DNA of 63,855 nt. It comes from a virus (lineage: Duplodnaviria > Caudoviricetes). The DNA lies in the IMG/VR virus record IMGVR_UViG_3300022698_000087, positions 1 through 63,855 of that record; one strand, 5' to 3'. The position numbers and the translations under genes were made by a program. Shown piece after piece: positions 8,251 through 18,268 of the stretch; position 1 is the first letter of the stretch, and every line of letters starts with the position of its first letter. The notes under the pieces are model-generated. The model was not told the origin of the DNA. It was given only the letters and a program-made list of their open reading frames with translations, and ran no database searches.

Positions 8251-9069
8251 TTAAAGAATGTCCAGAATCTCCTGGTCGAGATCCAGAACAGATTCGGCAT
8301 ATCCTATAACAGCACAATCAACAAGCCATTCTACATTGATGCCGACAAGTTTTCCATCTAGAAACATCGGGCCCCCACTGCATCCTGGAAAGGATAGCCC
8401 CTGATACAGAATGTAATTCTGGTTGTTTGTGTCTTTTTCATTTGACACCCGGCCCCACGTCATGATAAAATGCTGCTTCCACAAGTGCCCAGGAGGACAT
8501 CCAAAACAAATGATCTTTTCCCCAAGGTCCGGCCGTTTCATCGTCAGGTCCGCCCACACATCGCTAGAGCCGTCTATAATGACGGCCGCTAGATCATTGT
8601 CCGTGTCAAGCACGACTCGGACAATGTTCCACGTCTGGCCAGTGTATGCCGTCACAGCTCCAATTCCCCCGATGGTGAATAGCTTGGCCACATGTCTTGC
8701 CGTCAGCACAACATTATCGGACACAAATACTCCTGAGCCCATACCACCACCAAAGGCAGTCTCTATTCTAATAGAGACACACGGCCCTCGCAGCTGCTCG
8801 TATGTCAACCCGCCGTATCCATCGTCCGATAAAGAGTCCAACCCACCCTTTAGAGAGTCCAACCCACCCTTTAGAGAGTCCAACCCACCCTCTATGTCCT
8901 TCAAAGCGTGAAAGCTGGATAGGGCCCACTGGCGAGCGTTGTGGGATCGAAACTCGTTCTGGCTAGTTCTGATCTTCAGTTCCTTGACGTCTGCCTCCTG
9001 CCACGATGCCATCACCACCAGCAATCCCAGTACCAGTGTAATCAGAATGTTTGTTGCGGTCCTCATCAA
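8251..9069 (-). CDS. Membrane-anchored trypsin-like (S1) serine protease
   Basis: N-terminal TM; GSG, LTARHV (His), DLA (Asp), PGCSGGP (Ser). Confidence 0.85.
   Translation of the reverse strand: MMRTATNILITLVLGLLVVMASWQEADVKELKIRTSQNEFRSHNARQWALSSFHALKDIEGGLDSLKGGLDSLKGGLDSLSDDGYGGLTYEQLRGPCVSIRIETAFGGGMGSGVFVSDNVVLTARHVAKLFTIGGIGAVTAYTGQTWNIVRVVLDTDNDLAAVIIDGSSDVWADLTMKRPDLGEKIICFGCPPGHLWKQHFIMTWGRVSNEKDTNNQNYILYQGLSFPGCSGGPMFLDGKLVGINVEWLVDCAVIGYAESVLDLDQEILDIL
8833..8891. repeat. 21-bp tandem repeat x~3 (GGLDSLK) inside protease gene
   Basis: AGAGTCCAACCCACCCTTTAG units; core at 8838, 8859, 8880. Confidence 0.95.
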
Positions 9070-9168
9070 TAATTCTCCTCATGTCTTCTGATATAGCTTT
9101 CCTTGTTGACTGCCGCAGCCGTCGCCAATTCATCCACAGAAAGACGACGGCCCTCAGTGACGCCCACC

Positions 9169-9522
9169 TCACTTGTTCCATACCCTGCAGTGTGCCAATC
9201 GATCCAAACCAAACGACGGGCACTCATAAACAGGAGTCACCATGTCGTTTTTCACGACGAGGTCATATAGAGCTTTCGCTTTCGGACAGTTCGCCTCAGA
9301 TCCAGGCTGGAACTTGTTGCACACATAGCACAAACAACTGTCGCGATGTGTACCCTTGAGATCACTTCGTACCCATACGAATTTTCCGTGATGCTGATAT
9401 CGTTCGTAGTTGGTTGTGTTCTTCGTCGAGGACACTATGGCCCGAACAATTCGTGTAGTTAGTATCACAATGCATAGTCCAAGGACAAGCACCGCACAGC
9501 CAATGTCAAGAAGGGAGGTCAT
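9169..9522 (-). CDS. Membrane-anchored Cys-rich hypothetical protein
   Basis: N-terminal TM, CLCxxC motif; GGAG SD. Confidence 0.6.
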   Translation of the reverse strand: MTSLLDIGCAVLVLGLCIVILTTRIVRAIVSSTKNTTNYERYQHHGKFVWVRSDLKGTHRDSCLCYVCNKFQPGSEANCPKAKALYDLVVKNDMVTPVYECPSFGLDRLAHCRVWNK

Positions 9523-9539
9523 ATTTGGCTCCTAAATTA

Positions 9540-9593
9540 GGCTTGGCGGACGAGGGTTTATCCCCAAGTGGGCTCTTCTCATCCACCAAGCCA
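9540..9593 (-). other. Long intergenic RNA hairpin
   Basis: GGCUUGGUGGAUGAG/CUCGUCCGCCAAGCC, 15 bp with G-U pairs only on minus strand. Confidence 0.6.
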
Positions 9594-9609
9594 CATTCCT
9601 TTGATTCTA

Positions 9610-10317
9610 TTAGAGGGTTGCCTGTGCTTCCTTGACGGCCTTTCTCGTTTCCGGCAGCTGTCCGTCCTTCAGCTGTTTGATGAGCTGCTTCGCCGCGTCT
9701 TCGCTCGGTTGGGTGTCGATGATCGTCTGGATGTTTCCGACGAGCTGTGTCACCGCCGTGGTCTTGATCTTCAACTGATTACTCAGAGCGGAAATGGTTT
9801 CCTGCAGGGCAGCTTCAGCTTCCTTTACCGCAGTGCTGACGGCGTCGGCCTTCTCAGCTTCCGCGTCTTCCTGGGTAATGTCGCCGGATCGCTTACGAGT
9901 CAAGCCCAAATAGCCAGCACCAAACGTGCCAAGGCCTAATATGCCCAGAGAGACGAGGCCGGTCTTTGCATTGAAGAGAAAGTCATGATTTGCTGTGGCC
10001 AGTTCCAGATCGGTTGTTACGGTGTTTGTAAGGATCTGGTCTTTCAGGTGTTTTGTCTCGGCCAGTTGTTTTAGTTCTTGGTCTGTAAGGGCGATAGCAG
10101 CTTTGAGATCGATTTCGAGCCGCTTAACATCGGCCAAGCTCGAATAGCCAAGGGGATTCTTGTAGTTTTCGCCGTCACCTAGACCGGCATCCTTCACATA
10201 GTTGATTGCGTCTTGGTCAGTCCGGCCCGGTGCCATCATCTCTGACAGTGTGCCGATGCATCCCGCCGAAATCATGGCGATAACCAATGCGGCAATTGCT
10301 AGTACTTTCTTCATCAC
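9610..10317 (-). CDS. Putative lipoprotein with internal TM helix and coiled-coil tail
   Basis: MMKKVLAIAALVIAMISAG-C lipobox; TM GLVSLGILGLGTFGAGYLGL. Confidence 0.65.
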   Translation of the reverse strand: MMKKVLAIAALVIAMISAGCIGTLSEMMAPGRTDQDAINYVKDAGLGDGENYKNPLGYSSLADVKRLEIDLKAAIALTDQELKQLAETKHLKDQILTNTVTTDLELATANHDFLFNAKTGLVSLGILGLGTFGAGYLGLTRKRSGDITQEDAEAEKADAVSTAVKEAEAALQETISALSNQLKIKTTAVTQLVGNIQTIIDTQPSEDAAKQLIKQLKDGQLPETRKAVKEAQATL

Positions 10318-10778
10318 TCAGGTCTCCTAAATAACCCTTCAACTACTGATTCAAGTGCAGCTACGTAGCCGCGTTTTCGTTTGATATATTCCCGATGAGC
10401 CTGTACTCTTAGATCCAGATTAGGAATGTTGTTGATGATCGATCTGGCCGCGTTGTATCTGGAGTCTAGTGCATCCTCCTCCATCTGCAATTTGGCGTAT
10501 TTGAGTACGTAGGTTTTCTCCGTACTGGAGATCCCCTCAATATTCATTGCCTTGTTTATCTGATCCTCAGTAGTTCGGCATATGATCTGTTTTCCAGATA
10601 CCAATGTCACACTGAAATCATCAAGGTTGGATGGAGTCTCATCCTTATCCTTGTCATAGTGAATCTCAAGGATCTCAGGCACCTGAGCATCCGCTATGGA
10701 CTGAGCAAACACGTCCGGAGTATCAGAGTAGACCTTGATTGTCTGTCCGTCCATAAAGATGATATCTATGGCTATCAT
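10314..10778 (-). CDS. Hypothetical protein
   Basis: Coupled ORF. Confidence 0.65.
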   Translation of the reverse strand: MIAIDIIFMDGQTIKVYSDTPDVFAQSIADAQVPEILEIHYDKDKDETPSNLDDFSVTLVSGKQIICRTTEDQINKAMNIEGISSTEKTYVLKYAKLQMEEDALDSRYNAARSIINNIPNLDLRVQAHREYIKRKRGYVAALESVVEGLFRRPE

Positions 10779-11009
10779 TTAGTACTCCGTAGTAACATCC
10801 ATATCGACGCATTCGCCAAGCTCTGGAAAGAGGACGTCTACATCAGAGTGACCATGGATCTCTGTGAATGCGTATTCAAGGATGCGGCGATGTGTGTCTA
10901 TCAATTCGCCACCATCTTGACCTTCTACTGCACATTTGACAAGACATCCACTTTCGATGCGTGCCATGGCTGTGCCTCTTACGAACACGATTGCAATTGT
11001 AATATTCAT
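10779..11009 (-). CDS. Hypothetical protein
   Basis: Coupled ORF, GAGG SD. Confidence 0.55.
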   Translation of the reverse strand: MNITIAIVFVRGTAMARIESGCLVKCAVEGQDGGELIDTHRRILEYAFTEIHGHSDVDVLFPELGECVDMDVTTEY

Positions 11010-11024
11010 AGTGTCCTCAGTATA

Positions 11025-11252
11025 TCATTTCGTTGTGAGTCTGTCAACAACTTTCATTACATGTTTTAGGCCCATACTGGGAAGTTCTGACATGAATCCC
11101 AGCCAAGTCTTGTGGCACTTTAGGCACTTCCGAACAACTGCTCCATGGCTGTTTGGGACCACGCCGTAGTCCTCTGGAGTTACCCTCACAGGCACTCCAA
11201 GCTTTCCTTCACAGTGTCTACATCGTAGGGTGTAATCTCCTGGCGTTGCCAT
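11025..11252 (-). CDS. Zn-ribbon hypothetical protein
   Basis: Two CxxC; GGAGAG SD. Confidence 0.6.
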   Translation of the reverse strand: MATPGDYTLRCRHCEGKLGVPVRVTPEDYGVVPNSHGAVVRKCLKCHKTWLGFMSELPSMGLKHVMKVVDRLTTK

Positions 11253-11260
11253 GATCTCTC

Positions 11261-13648
11261 CTAAAATGGTGGCTCGTTAATTGACTCCGGGACATCCTGC
11301 CATACTGTCTTGAATCCGCTCACATGGTCCCAGGACTTTCGGCATTCACACAGGCTAGGTATTACAAAGCATCTGGGCTTTGTGCAGAAGTTAAGCCCGG
11401 TCTGTCCGCCCTTCCCCGGCATTGGGCTTTGACCTATGGTTTTGATCTCGGGGTAGCCCGCAGGGAGAACTCTCTTCATGAAGCGAGTTAGTCTGTTCAT
11501 CGAACATCGGTTCATGTAGTTCCCTGCGAACGTTTTGACAAAGTCGATGAGGTCCGCAAGTAGTTCGGTCTTAGCAATGATTAACTCCCACTCCTCGTGA
11601 CGGTTCAACACTTTACCTTCGTGAAGCTTGTCGTACCACCACGCCTCTTCTGGCGATAGATTCAACTGCTTCTGCTCCTGCAAGGCCTCGGTGTTTGGAG
11701 GCTCGCGGAGATCTACCTGCGTGACATCGTAGTTCATCAGGTAGTGAAGTAGGGCCTCATATCCGCCGTTGTTGAGCTGCTCATCGATAGCCTTGAAGTA
11801 CTTGGCATCTTTGCGGTGCTCTTCACTAACATCCAACATGCAGAAGCGTCGGTCATCCATCGCCACCGGAACAACCCACTCATTGTTGGACGCCATAATG
11901 AGATGAATATAGTTGGGAGATGCTTCTGCGTCGATACCCTTCTTTTCTACAATGATGTGCTCTTCTGTGATTATGGCTTTCAGAATACCTTCACTCTTCT
12001 TATCGCCCGCGAAGAACGCCTCATCGGCGAACAACACAACACAGTCACGCAGGTGGGCGTTGAATGATCCAACCAAGTGCTTGGAATTACTGATTGGAAC
12101 AAAGTGCTGGCCGAATAGATGTCCTACTTTCTTAGCGAAGAAGCTCTTACCAGTTCCCTGCTTTCCTCGAAGAACGATAGCAGTTCCGGCCGGTCGATCT
12201 GGATGCTGCACTGCGTCCGCAAGCCAAGCCATGACATATTTGAAGTAGCCCTCATCCTTTCCGCAAATATTGTCTCGAATGTGGTCCAGGAATAGCCCAC
12301 AATCTCCTGGTCTTGCTTCACAAGTGAACCCACGCCACAGGTTGAATGTCCCTGGGATTTCACGGCCTGGGACGAATACTATCTGGTCAAACTGTCTGCG
12401 GTGCTTGTGGAGCAACCACCACTTTCCCTTCGGCATAAACGTATCTTTACCGTCCTTGTCGGTTCCCACCTTGACATGTTGGTTCATGTATCTATTCTGG
12501 AAGTCGGCGAAGGTTTGTGTCTCTAGCTTTGGCCGTCCGAATGCGTGGTCGAACTCTTCGGAGATAACTCTGCACTTGCCACCCATCGATGAAATGACCG
12601 CGTGACGCTCATTAAGCTCCATCAATGATTTATCAACTGCACATTCCTTGGCCCGTTGGATCTGGCGAAGGGCGTAGGTCTCAGCACGTCCCTTGCACTG
12701 AAGCACTGACTCAGAGATTCCAAAGTCTTTATCTGTGATGATGGAGTAGATAACTTCATCGGATATCTGAGCACGTACCAGCTCGCACACTACGCAGAAT
12801 AGGGTTTCACTTCGTGACGTGAACCGTGTAGGATTATCTGGATCATGTCCCTGGGCAATGAGCACCTTAACCCACGGCTTTACTTCATCACCCAATTCGT
12901 CGAGGTCTTCAATTCGACGTATGTTTCCGGTGTCCACTTGCGGGGCCAGCTCTGACGTACCTCCAGAAAACCCAGAGGAGGCGGACATCTGCACATCCTG
13001 GGCTTTGGTGAAGTCTTCCAGAGGATAGGAAATGCTTTCATCAAAATGAACCAGTGCTGCCATGACTTCTGTTCGGCCCTTCTTACGCTTCTTTGCGTTT
13101 GGCCGATTCATTGTTCCAGGCAGTCGCATGATTCTGTCGATGTTGTGACAGCTGTCCCCTCCCAGGAGGATCTCCAGCTGCATATTGTATCTCTTGGCGT
13201 CCTCAGCCCTTTCAAGATTGCCATCGATAATGATGGGCTCCTCTAGCCTCCAGAACGCCTGATAGCCTCCACCGGAGAATATGACACAGGTGGGGACGGG
13301 CTTGAATTTCCTGATGCTTTCAAGGATTCGCTCTTGCTCAGCTTTGATGTCTTCACCGGCCCGAGGATCTACATCGACATGCAGGTACTCTACTGATTGG
13401 ATATTCTCTCGTGATGACTTCTTGTTCATGACCCCTATTGTGGGGTTTACTGAGAAGTAGATATTATGGGCTTGTCCCTGTGCGGTTAACCAGTCTTCTA
13501 ACTTCTGTGAGTCTTCTGCATTGAATGTGACTGTGTTGAGACGACCACCATCTACTGGTATGGCTGTAATTGTCCATGGACCATTAGGACGAAATTTCTG
13601 TAGGAACTCAAGAGCCTGTGACATAGTCAACGATATCCTTAACGTCAT
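11261..13648 (-). CDS. Bifunctional DNA primase (RepB-like/AEP) - SF3 helicase (DUF5906-type)
   Basis: LHVDVD, SGGGYQ, RIMRLPGT primase motifs; Walker A GKQGTGKS, Walker B FADEA, ASN..DDRRF. Confidence 0.9.
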   Translation of the reverse strand: MTLRISLTMSQALEFLQKFRPNGPWTITAIPVDGGRLNTVTFNAEDSQKLEDWLTAQGQAHNIYFSVNPTIGVMNKKSSRENIQSVEYLHVDVDPRAGEDIKAEQERILESIRKFKPVPTCVIFSGGGYQAFWRLEEPIIIDGNLERAEDAKRYNMQLEILLGGDSCHNIDRIMRLPGTMNRPNAKKRKKGRTEVMAALVHFDESISYPLEDFTKAQDVQMSASSGFSGGTSELAPQVDTGNIRRIEDLDELGDEVKPWVKVLIAQGHDPDNPTRFTSRSETLFCVVCELVRAQISDEVIYSIITDKDFGISESVLQCKGRAETYALRQIQRAKECAVDKSLMELNERHAVISSMGGKCRVISEEFDHAFGRPKLETQTFADFQNRYMNQHVKVGTDKDGKDTFMPKGKWWLLHKHRRQFDQIVFVPGREIPGTFNLWRGFTCEARPGDCGLFLDHIRDNICGKDEGYFKYVMAWLADAVQHPDRPAGTAIVLRGKQGTGKSFFAKKVGHLFGQHFVPISNSKHLVGSFNAHLRDCVVLFADEAFFAGDKKSEGILKAIITEEHIIVEKKGIDAEASPNYIHLIMASNNEWVVPVAMDDRRFCMLDVSEEHRKDAKYFKAIDEQLNNGGYEALLHYLMNYDVTQVDLREPPNTEALQEQKQLNLSPEEAWWYDKLHEGKVLNRHEEWELIIAKTELLADLIDFVKTFAGNYMNRCSMNRLTRFMKRVLPAGYPEIKTIGQSPMPGKGGQTGLNFCTKPRCFVIPSLCECRKSWDHVSGFKTVWQDVPESINEPPF

Positions 13649-14036
13649 TCGTCACGAGCACAGCCAATTGTCTATGAACCTCTTGGTTCTTTCCAGGCTT
13701 CGCGACGTAGTTGCACGCAGTATCAGCGTCGAATAGTAACCATTCCCGCGTCTTCGCAACATATAGAACAAGCCAAGCCCGTCCATCACTTATGCCTAGC
13801 TTGTCCAGGGCGTAGGCCCTACGCCTAAGCCACACTCTTTGTTGCGGGGAGAAGTGGGGGATGCGAATCGTTGTTGCTTCTTTGACCGGCCAATCCTCTA
13901 GGTATTTACATTCAATCCAACCACCGATGTACTGAATGTCAGGAGTGCCGGGATATGCAGGATTCTCAACGCTTGTAGCGTCTCGACCTGCCACATTCAG
14001 TGCTTTTACGAGAAGTTGTCTTTGTTGTTGTTCCAT
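13608..14036 (-). CDS. PD-(D/E)xK nuclease (VRR-NUC/resolvase-like)
   Basis: VEN...GTPD...WIECK...QxxW. Confidence 0.75.
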   Translation of the reverse strand: MEQQQRQLLVKALNVAGRDATSVENPAYPGTPDIQYIGGWIECKYLEDWPVKEATTIRIPHFSPQQRVWLRRRAYALDKLGISDGRAWLVLYVAKTREWLLFDADTACNYVAKPGKNQEVHRQLAVLVTNDVKDIVDYVTGS

Positions 14037-14310
14037 GATTAGCGGAGTCTAAGTCTCCACCTGTATGTCACGACTATTCTACCCATCTTGCCAGTCACTA
14101 CTGATCGACCTTCCGTTTGTAGTCTAATGTGTCTTCTCGATGTTCCGATTAGGAACCTAATCCTTGGTCTCTTTCTACATAGATGACCGTCGATTTGATC
14201 CCTGCCCACGCAAAATATGAGCATGAGCCCAAACAAGCATATTGAGAGTCCGAACCAAATTCTCTCAGCACGAGAGTCATTTAGACTCCAAAGATCCAAT
14301 GAAATCTTTA

Positions 14311-14715
14311 TCATGATGTTTCCCTATATTCGCCATCAGCGGTGGGCTCATAAAACACCAATGTCACCAGCTCATGGGGTAGGAACCCGTCGTACACTTT
14401 TCGCATAACGGAATGCAGACCTGTAAATGTCCGGCACTCAGGGTCGTGCTCAAGCTCAAGCATCTTTCCATAGTGGATCAGGTCATTGAACGTCATCACT
14501 TTGGTGTCAAAGACGATTGCTCGCTCATCTCCGTCAACCAAAAATGGTTCGTATCCTTCGCTGCTTGCATCTCGAAGAACGATCTCCTCTCCAACAGTGA
14601 GGGTTGACCACTTGAGTCCTTTGCGTACCGTTAGATTGACACACGATTTGCCGTGGCCTGGAATATCCACAGGCTCGTGATTGTGAACATTGTTTTTGAA
14701 GAATAGTTGTCTCAT
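14311..14715 (-). CDS. ASCH/PUA-like domain protein
   Basis: TVRKG..W...GEEI, F.DL...EHD...L..VY....VTLVF pattern. Confidence 0.5.
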   Translation of the reverse strand: MRQLFFKNNVHNHEPVDIPGHGKSCVNLTVRKGLKWSTLTVGEEIVLRDASSEGYEPFLVDGDERAIVFDTKVMTFNDLIHYGKMLELEHDPECRTFTGLHSVMRKVYDGFLPHELVTLVFYEPTADGEYRETS

Positions 14716-16664
14716 CCCATTGAGTCTCCCCAGTTGGTTCCGATCTCGATATCGACCTTCGACGGCACAACGAGCGGAACACAGGTTCTCATTATTTCAG
14801 CCATTTCAGTAGCAGTCTTCTCATCTTCTATTGTTGTATCAATTTCATCATGTATTTGCAACTGAATTCTGTAATTATTCTCATCCATGAGAACCATCGC
14901 CAGCTTCGTTTGATCTGCGGATGAACCCTGAATCAGGTTGTTTAGGGCTTTTCTCTCCATTCCTGCACCAGGAGGATAGTGGATATGCCGTCCGAGAATG
15001 GTCTTAATGAACCGCCTATTCCAGGCAACTCTCTCCACTCTTCGCTTAATGTCATCCAGGAATGGAACCTTCTGGTTGAACTCCTCAAGGAAGGCCCTCC
15101 CCTCTGGGCCTGCAACCACTCGTTCGATACCCTTGATGATTGCTACCTCGGTTGAGAATCCACAGCTACGACACATCTTCGCTTGGCCCATACCATAGGT
15201 CAGGCCCAGAAAGACGGCCTTGGCCCGCTTCCGAAGCTTCGCGAACAACTCTGGGTTATCGGCCTTTTTGATTCCGAAGGCCATTTCGGTGGTCATGTCA
15301 TGCCAATCGAATCCCTTATGAAAGCCGTCTACGGCGGGCTGTGTGCCTCTACAGCCTGCAATGTGTGCGTAGTGTACAAACATTCGTGGCTCTTGCTGGG
15401 AGTAGTCCATAGCGGCCCACAGGCCCCCCTCGTCTGGAAGGTAGATAGATCGCCACATCTTTCCCAAAATGGGGTGTCTGGATGGCTGCTGCTGCAGATT
15501 AGGGTCACAGGAGGACAATCGACCGGGGCCAGCTCCAACAACGTTATCACTGTTGTCATTCTGTCGTCTAAGCTGGTTGAACGTAGTATGAATTCTTCCA
15601 TTGACTGCATGCTTCTCAATTGAAGCAGCGAATGTATTCCGCACTTTGTTGTATGATCTTGCTTCTAGTATCGCTTTCACTACGGGGTGCTTCTTGTTGG
15701 GCTCTAAGAACTCTTTCTTTACTGAAGGCTGGCCCTCCGGAAACTTTTCTGATGGATCTGTCCGACCATATGGCACCCCCACTGCATCCAGTGCTGCAAC
15801 TACGAGTTTAGGCTTTGTTATTTCGTCTAAGGCAATCTTGACACCGGACTTCTCGTAGATGACCTTTAGAAACTCCAGTTCCTTTTCGATGGTCAGAGCC
15901 TTAACCTTCTCTAGTTGATCGAAGTCGATTCTTATCCCTCGACGTCTCATCTTTACGAGAACAGGAAGCACCCTACACTCAAGGTTGTAGATCCCCCAAA
16001 GATCCTGATCGTCGATGATCTTCTCTTGCTTACGAAGTATCTTCAGCGGTAGATCTCCATCGTCTTCCGCATAGGGCCCAACGTAGCGAGCCGGAAGTCT
16101 CCAGAGATCTTTCTTGGGGTGTAGGCCGTAGGCCTTTGCTGCTCGATTCAGGAGATCTTCATTCTTACCAATGAAGCCATATTTCTTTGCCTGTGTGTCG
16201 AGGCCATAGGATAGTTGGTTCTCATCAATAAGGGGCTCTGCAACTTGAATGTCCTTGAACTTAGCACTACGAAATACTATTCCCTCCTCAGCCATGAAGT
16301 CAAGATCATATCCGAGGTTTGCTCCACAAATACATCCCCTGTAGTCTCTGGATCGGTCCTTCATGTACTGTAATACATGGACCGGATTCATGTTGTCACC
16401 ACCGTCGTGACGTATAGGGAGATACCACTTCGGCCCATCTTCAATAGCCAAACTGATTCCCACAATATAGGCACCACGGCGAACGCCGGGCCCCAATGTT
16501 GTTAGCTGTTCATCCCTTGTCTCCGTATCAATACCAATCCTTTGGATGCCGTCCCACGACTGCGGAAGATCCGACATCTTTGGTGCCCTCCATGGACTTT
16601 CTGGTTTGAATAGCGGAACTTGCCCAGGACACCGATTCTTAAATTTTGCTGCCCCTCTAGCCAT
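14712..16664 (-). CDS. Family A DNA polymerase with 3'-5' exonuclease
   Basis: Exo DTET, NLGYD, YAEDD; motif A DYSQQEPR, motif B RKRAKAVFLGLTYG, motif C IHDE. Confidence 0.95.
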   Translation of the reverse strand: MARGAAKFKNRCPGQVPLFKPESPWRAPKMSDLPQSWDGIQRIGIDTETRDEQLTTLGPGVRRGAYIVGISLAIEDGPKWYLPIRHDGGDNMNPVHVLQYMKDRSRDYRGCICGANLGYDLDFMAEEGIVFRSAKFKDIQVAEPLIDENQLSYGLDTQAKKYGFIGKNEDLLNRAAKAYGLHPKKDLWRLPARYVGPYAEDDGDLPLKILRKQEKIIDDQDLWGIYNLECRVLPVLVKMRRRGIRIDFDQLEKVKALTIEKELEFLKVIYEKSGVKIALDEITKPKLVVAALDAVGVPYGRTDPSEKFPEGQPSVKKEFLEPNKKHPVVKAILEARSYNKVRNTFAASIEKHAVNGRIHTTFNQLRRQNDNSDNVVGAGPGRLSSCDPNLQQQPSRHPILGKMWRSIYLPDEGGLWAAMDYSQQEPRMFVHYAHIAGCRGTQPAVDGFHKGFDWHDMTTEMAFGIKKADNPELFAKLRKRAKAVFLGLTYGMGQAKMCRSCGFSTEVAIIKGIERVVAGPEGRAFLEEFNQKVPFLDDIKRRVERVAWNRRFIKTILGRHIHYPPGAGMERKALNNLIQGSSADQTKLAMVLMDENNYRIQLQIHDEIDTTIEDEKTATEMAEIMRTCVPLVVPSKVDIEIGTNWGDSMG

Positions 16665-17040
16665 GAAACCTTTCTAGGTTCGACCTGTTTACATTTATCA
16701 GGTATCCGTATTTGTCGATGTGAGATGTCATCCGTCGAACTATTGTCGGCCACCCATGCGTTTCTCCATGTGCATCCAAATCAAGGGCGTTTATTATATC
16801 AATGACGTCGGAATAGGCTGTCTTGGTCAAATCAATGGAGAAGCACTCTGGCATGGTGCAGGGTTGACGTTTGGTGAATACAGGCCGGTTTCTGTCATCA
16901 AGGCTGCAGCGTCCTCCCTGAAGGAACACACAGTCTTCACATGTAAACAGAGTCTTTTGGTTCTGTTTTCTTATCGCTGCTCGTATGGCTAATCGTATTA
17001 GCCTCGAAGTATCATCACACTTTTCAGATTCAGCCCCCAA
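16657..17040 (-). CDS. Cys-containing hypothetical protein
   Basis: Coupled ORF. Confidence 0.55.
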   Translation of the reverse strand: MGAESEKCDDTSRLIRLAIRAAIRKQNQKTLFTCEDCVFLQGGRCSLDDRNRPVFTKRQPCTMPECFSIDLTKTAYSDVIDIINALDLDAHGETHGWPTIVRRMTSHIDKYGYLINVNRSNLERFHG

Positions 17041-18205
17041 GCACTACCTTCACTTTCTTTGCTGCCCGCGTCACTGCTGTGTACAGCCATTTGCTTCGAT
17101 CTTGTTCATTGAATACTCGGCTTTCGTCGAACACAATTACACTGTCCCACTGGCTGCCTTGTGACTTATGCACAGTCATTGCAAATCCGAACTCAAACTC
17201 CTCAGCTTCCTTGCGAACCCACGGAGGAAGTGACTTCCCAGACCGATCCAGGAAGTGATGCTTATGTGCTGTCACCGCCACATACTCTACCCCCTCTGGG
17301 TCTTTTAGCACCAGATCGATGTACTTGTCCTCAGTGTCCAAACATTGGTCCACAACCCAAATGCTTCCATTCAAAAGACAAGCTTCATGATTGTTGCGTA
17401 GACATACGACGCGGTCATTCTCTACAGGAAGATCAGATCCACAACCACGGAGAGCCCTTACTTTATTGTTGGTTGCTCTTTTGGTTGCGTTCGTGCCCAC
17501 CAGGATCTGGTCATATGTCATTACTTCTTTTGGAGATACTGATCCCCAAGGAACCAGCATGCCTCCGTCAGGAGATAGGTGGTCTCCACGTCTTATCTTG
17601 GTTGCCAGATCAATGATCGGATTTCCTTTGGCCTGTCGATGTATCTCAGTCAGCATAAAGTCTGGCTTTGCGTTGATAAACCACCCGGTGCCATATACCG
17701 GAGGAAGTTGAGCTGGATCTCCCAGAACGAGTACCTTAGTTCCGAACGACAGAAGGTCTTCTGCCATTTGTTGGTTGACCATAGAGCACTCATCTACAAC
17801 AACTAAGTCGGCCCGCTTCACCTCACTATCCTGATTCAGTACGAAGTGCGGTGCCTTCAGATTTGCCTGCTCTACTTCTATTTGCTGTTCAAGCGAATCC
17901 CTAAGCTCTTTGTCCTCTGTGTTCTCTAACTTATCCATCAGTTCCCGAAGCTTGAGCTGACTTTTCTCTTTCGGGGTATAGATGAGCTTGTGGATGGTGA
18001 ATGCCTCACAGCCTTTTTGCTGCAAGACGTAAGCTGCTTTTCCTGTATACGCACAGAACAACGTTCGGCCGGATGTCGCGACATGCTTGGCTAGGGTTGT
18101 CTTTCCTGTTCCAGCGTATCCGAATAGCCGGAACACCGGCTGGTCAGTTTTCATCCATCGATTGATTGCATCGATAGCTTGATTTTGCTGATGTGATAGG
18201 TTCAC
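17030..18205 (-). CDS. RecD/Dda-like SF1B helicase
   Basis: GYAGTGKT, TIHK, VDECSMV, GDPAQLPPV, TVHKSQGSQW, YTAVTRA. Confidence 0.93.
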   Translation of the reverse strand: MNLSHQQNQAIDAINRWMKTDQPVFRLFGYAGTGKTTLAKHVATSGRTLFCAYTGKAAYVLQQKGCEAFTIHKLIYTPKEKSQLKLRELMDKLENTEDKELRDSLEQQIEVEQANLKAPHFVLNQDSEVKRADLVVVDECSMVNQQMAEDLLSFGTKVLVLGDPAQLPPVYGTGWFINAKPDFMLTEIHRQAKGNPIIDLATKIRRGDHLSPDGGMLVPWGSVSPKEVMTYDQILVGTNATKRATNNKVRALRGCGSDLPVENDRVVCLRNNHEACLLNGSIWVVDQCLDTEDKYIDLVLKDPEGVEYVAVTAHKHHFLDRSGKSLPPWVRKEAEEFEFGFAMTVHKSQGSQWDSVIVFDESRVFNEQDRSKWLYTAVTRAAKKVKVVLGG

Positions 18206-18268
18206 AGTATCACCAAAGAAATAGGAGGGCCCAGGGGCCCGAAGGCCCCCAGGTTAGGAGAGAGCGTC

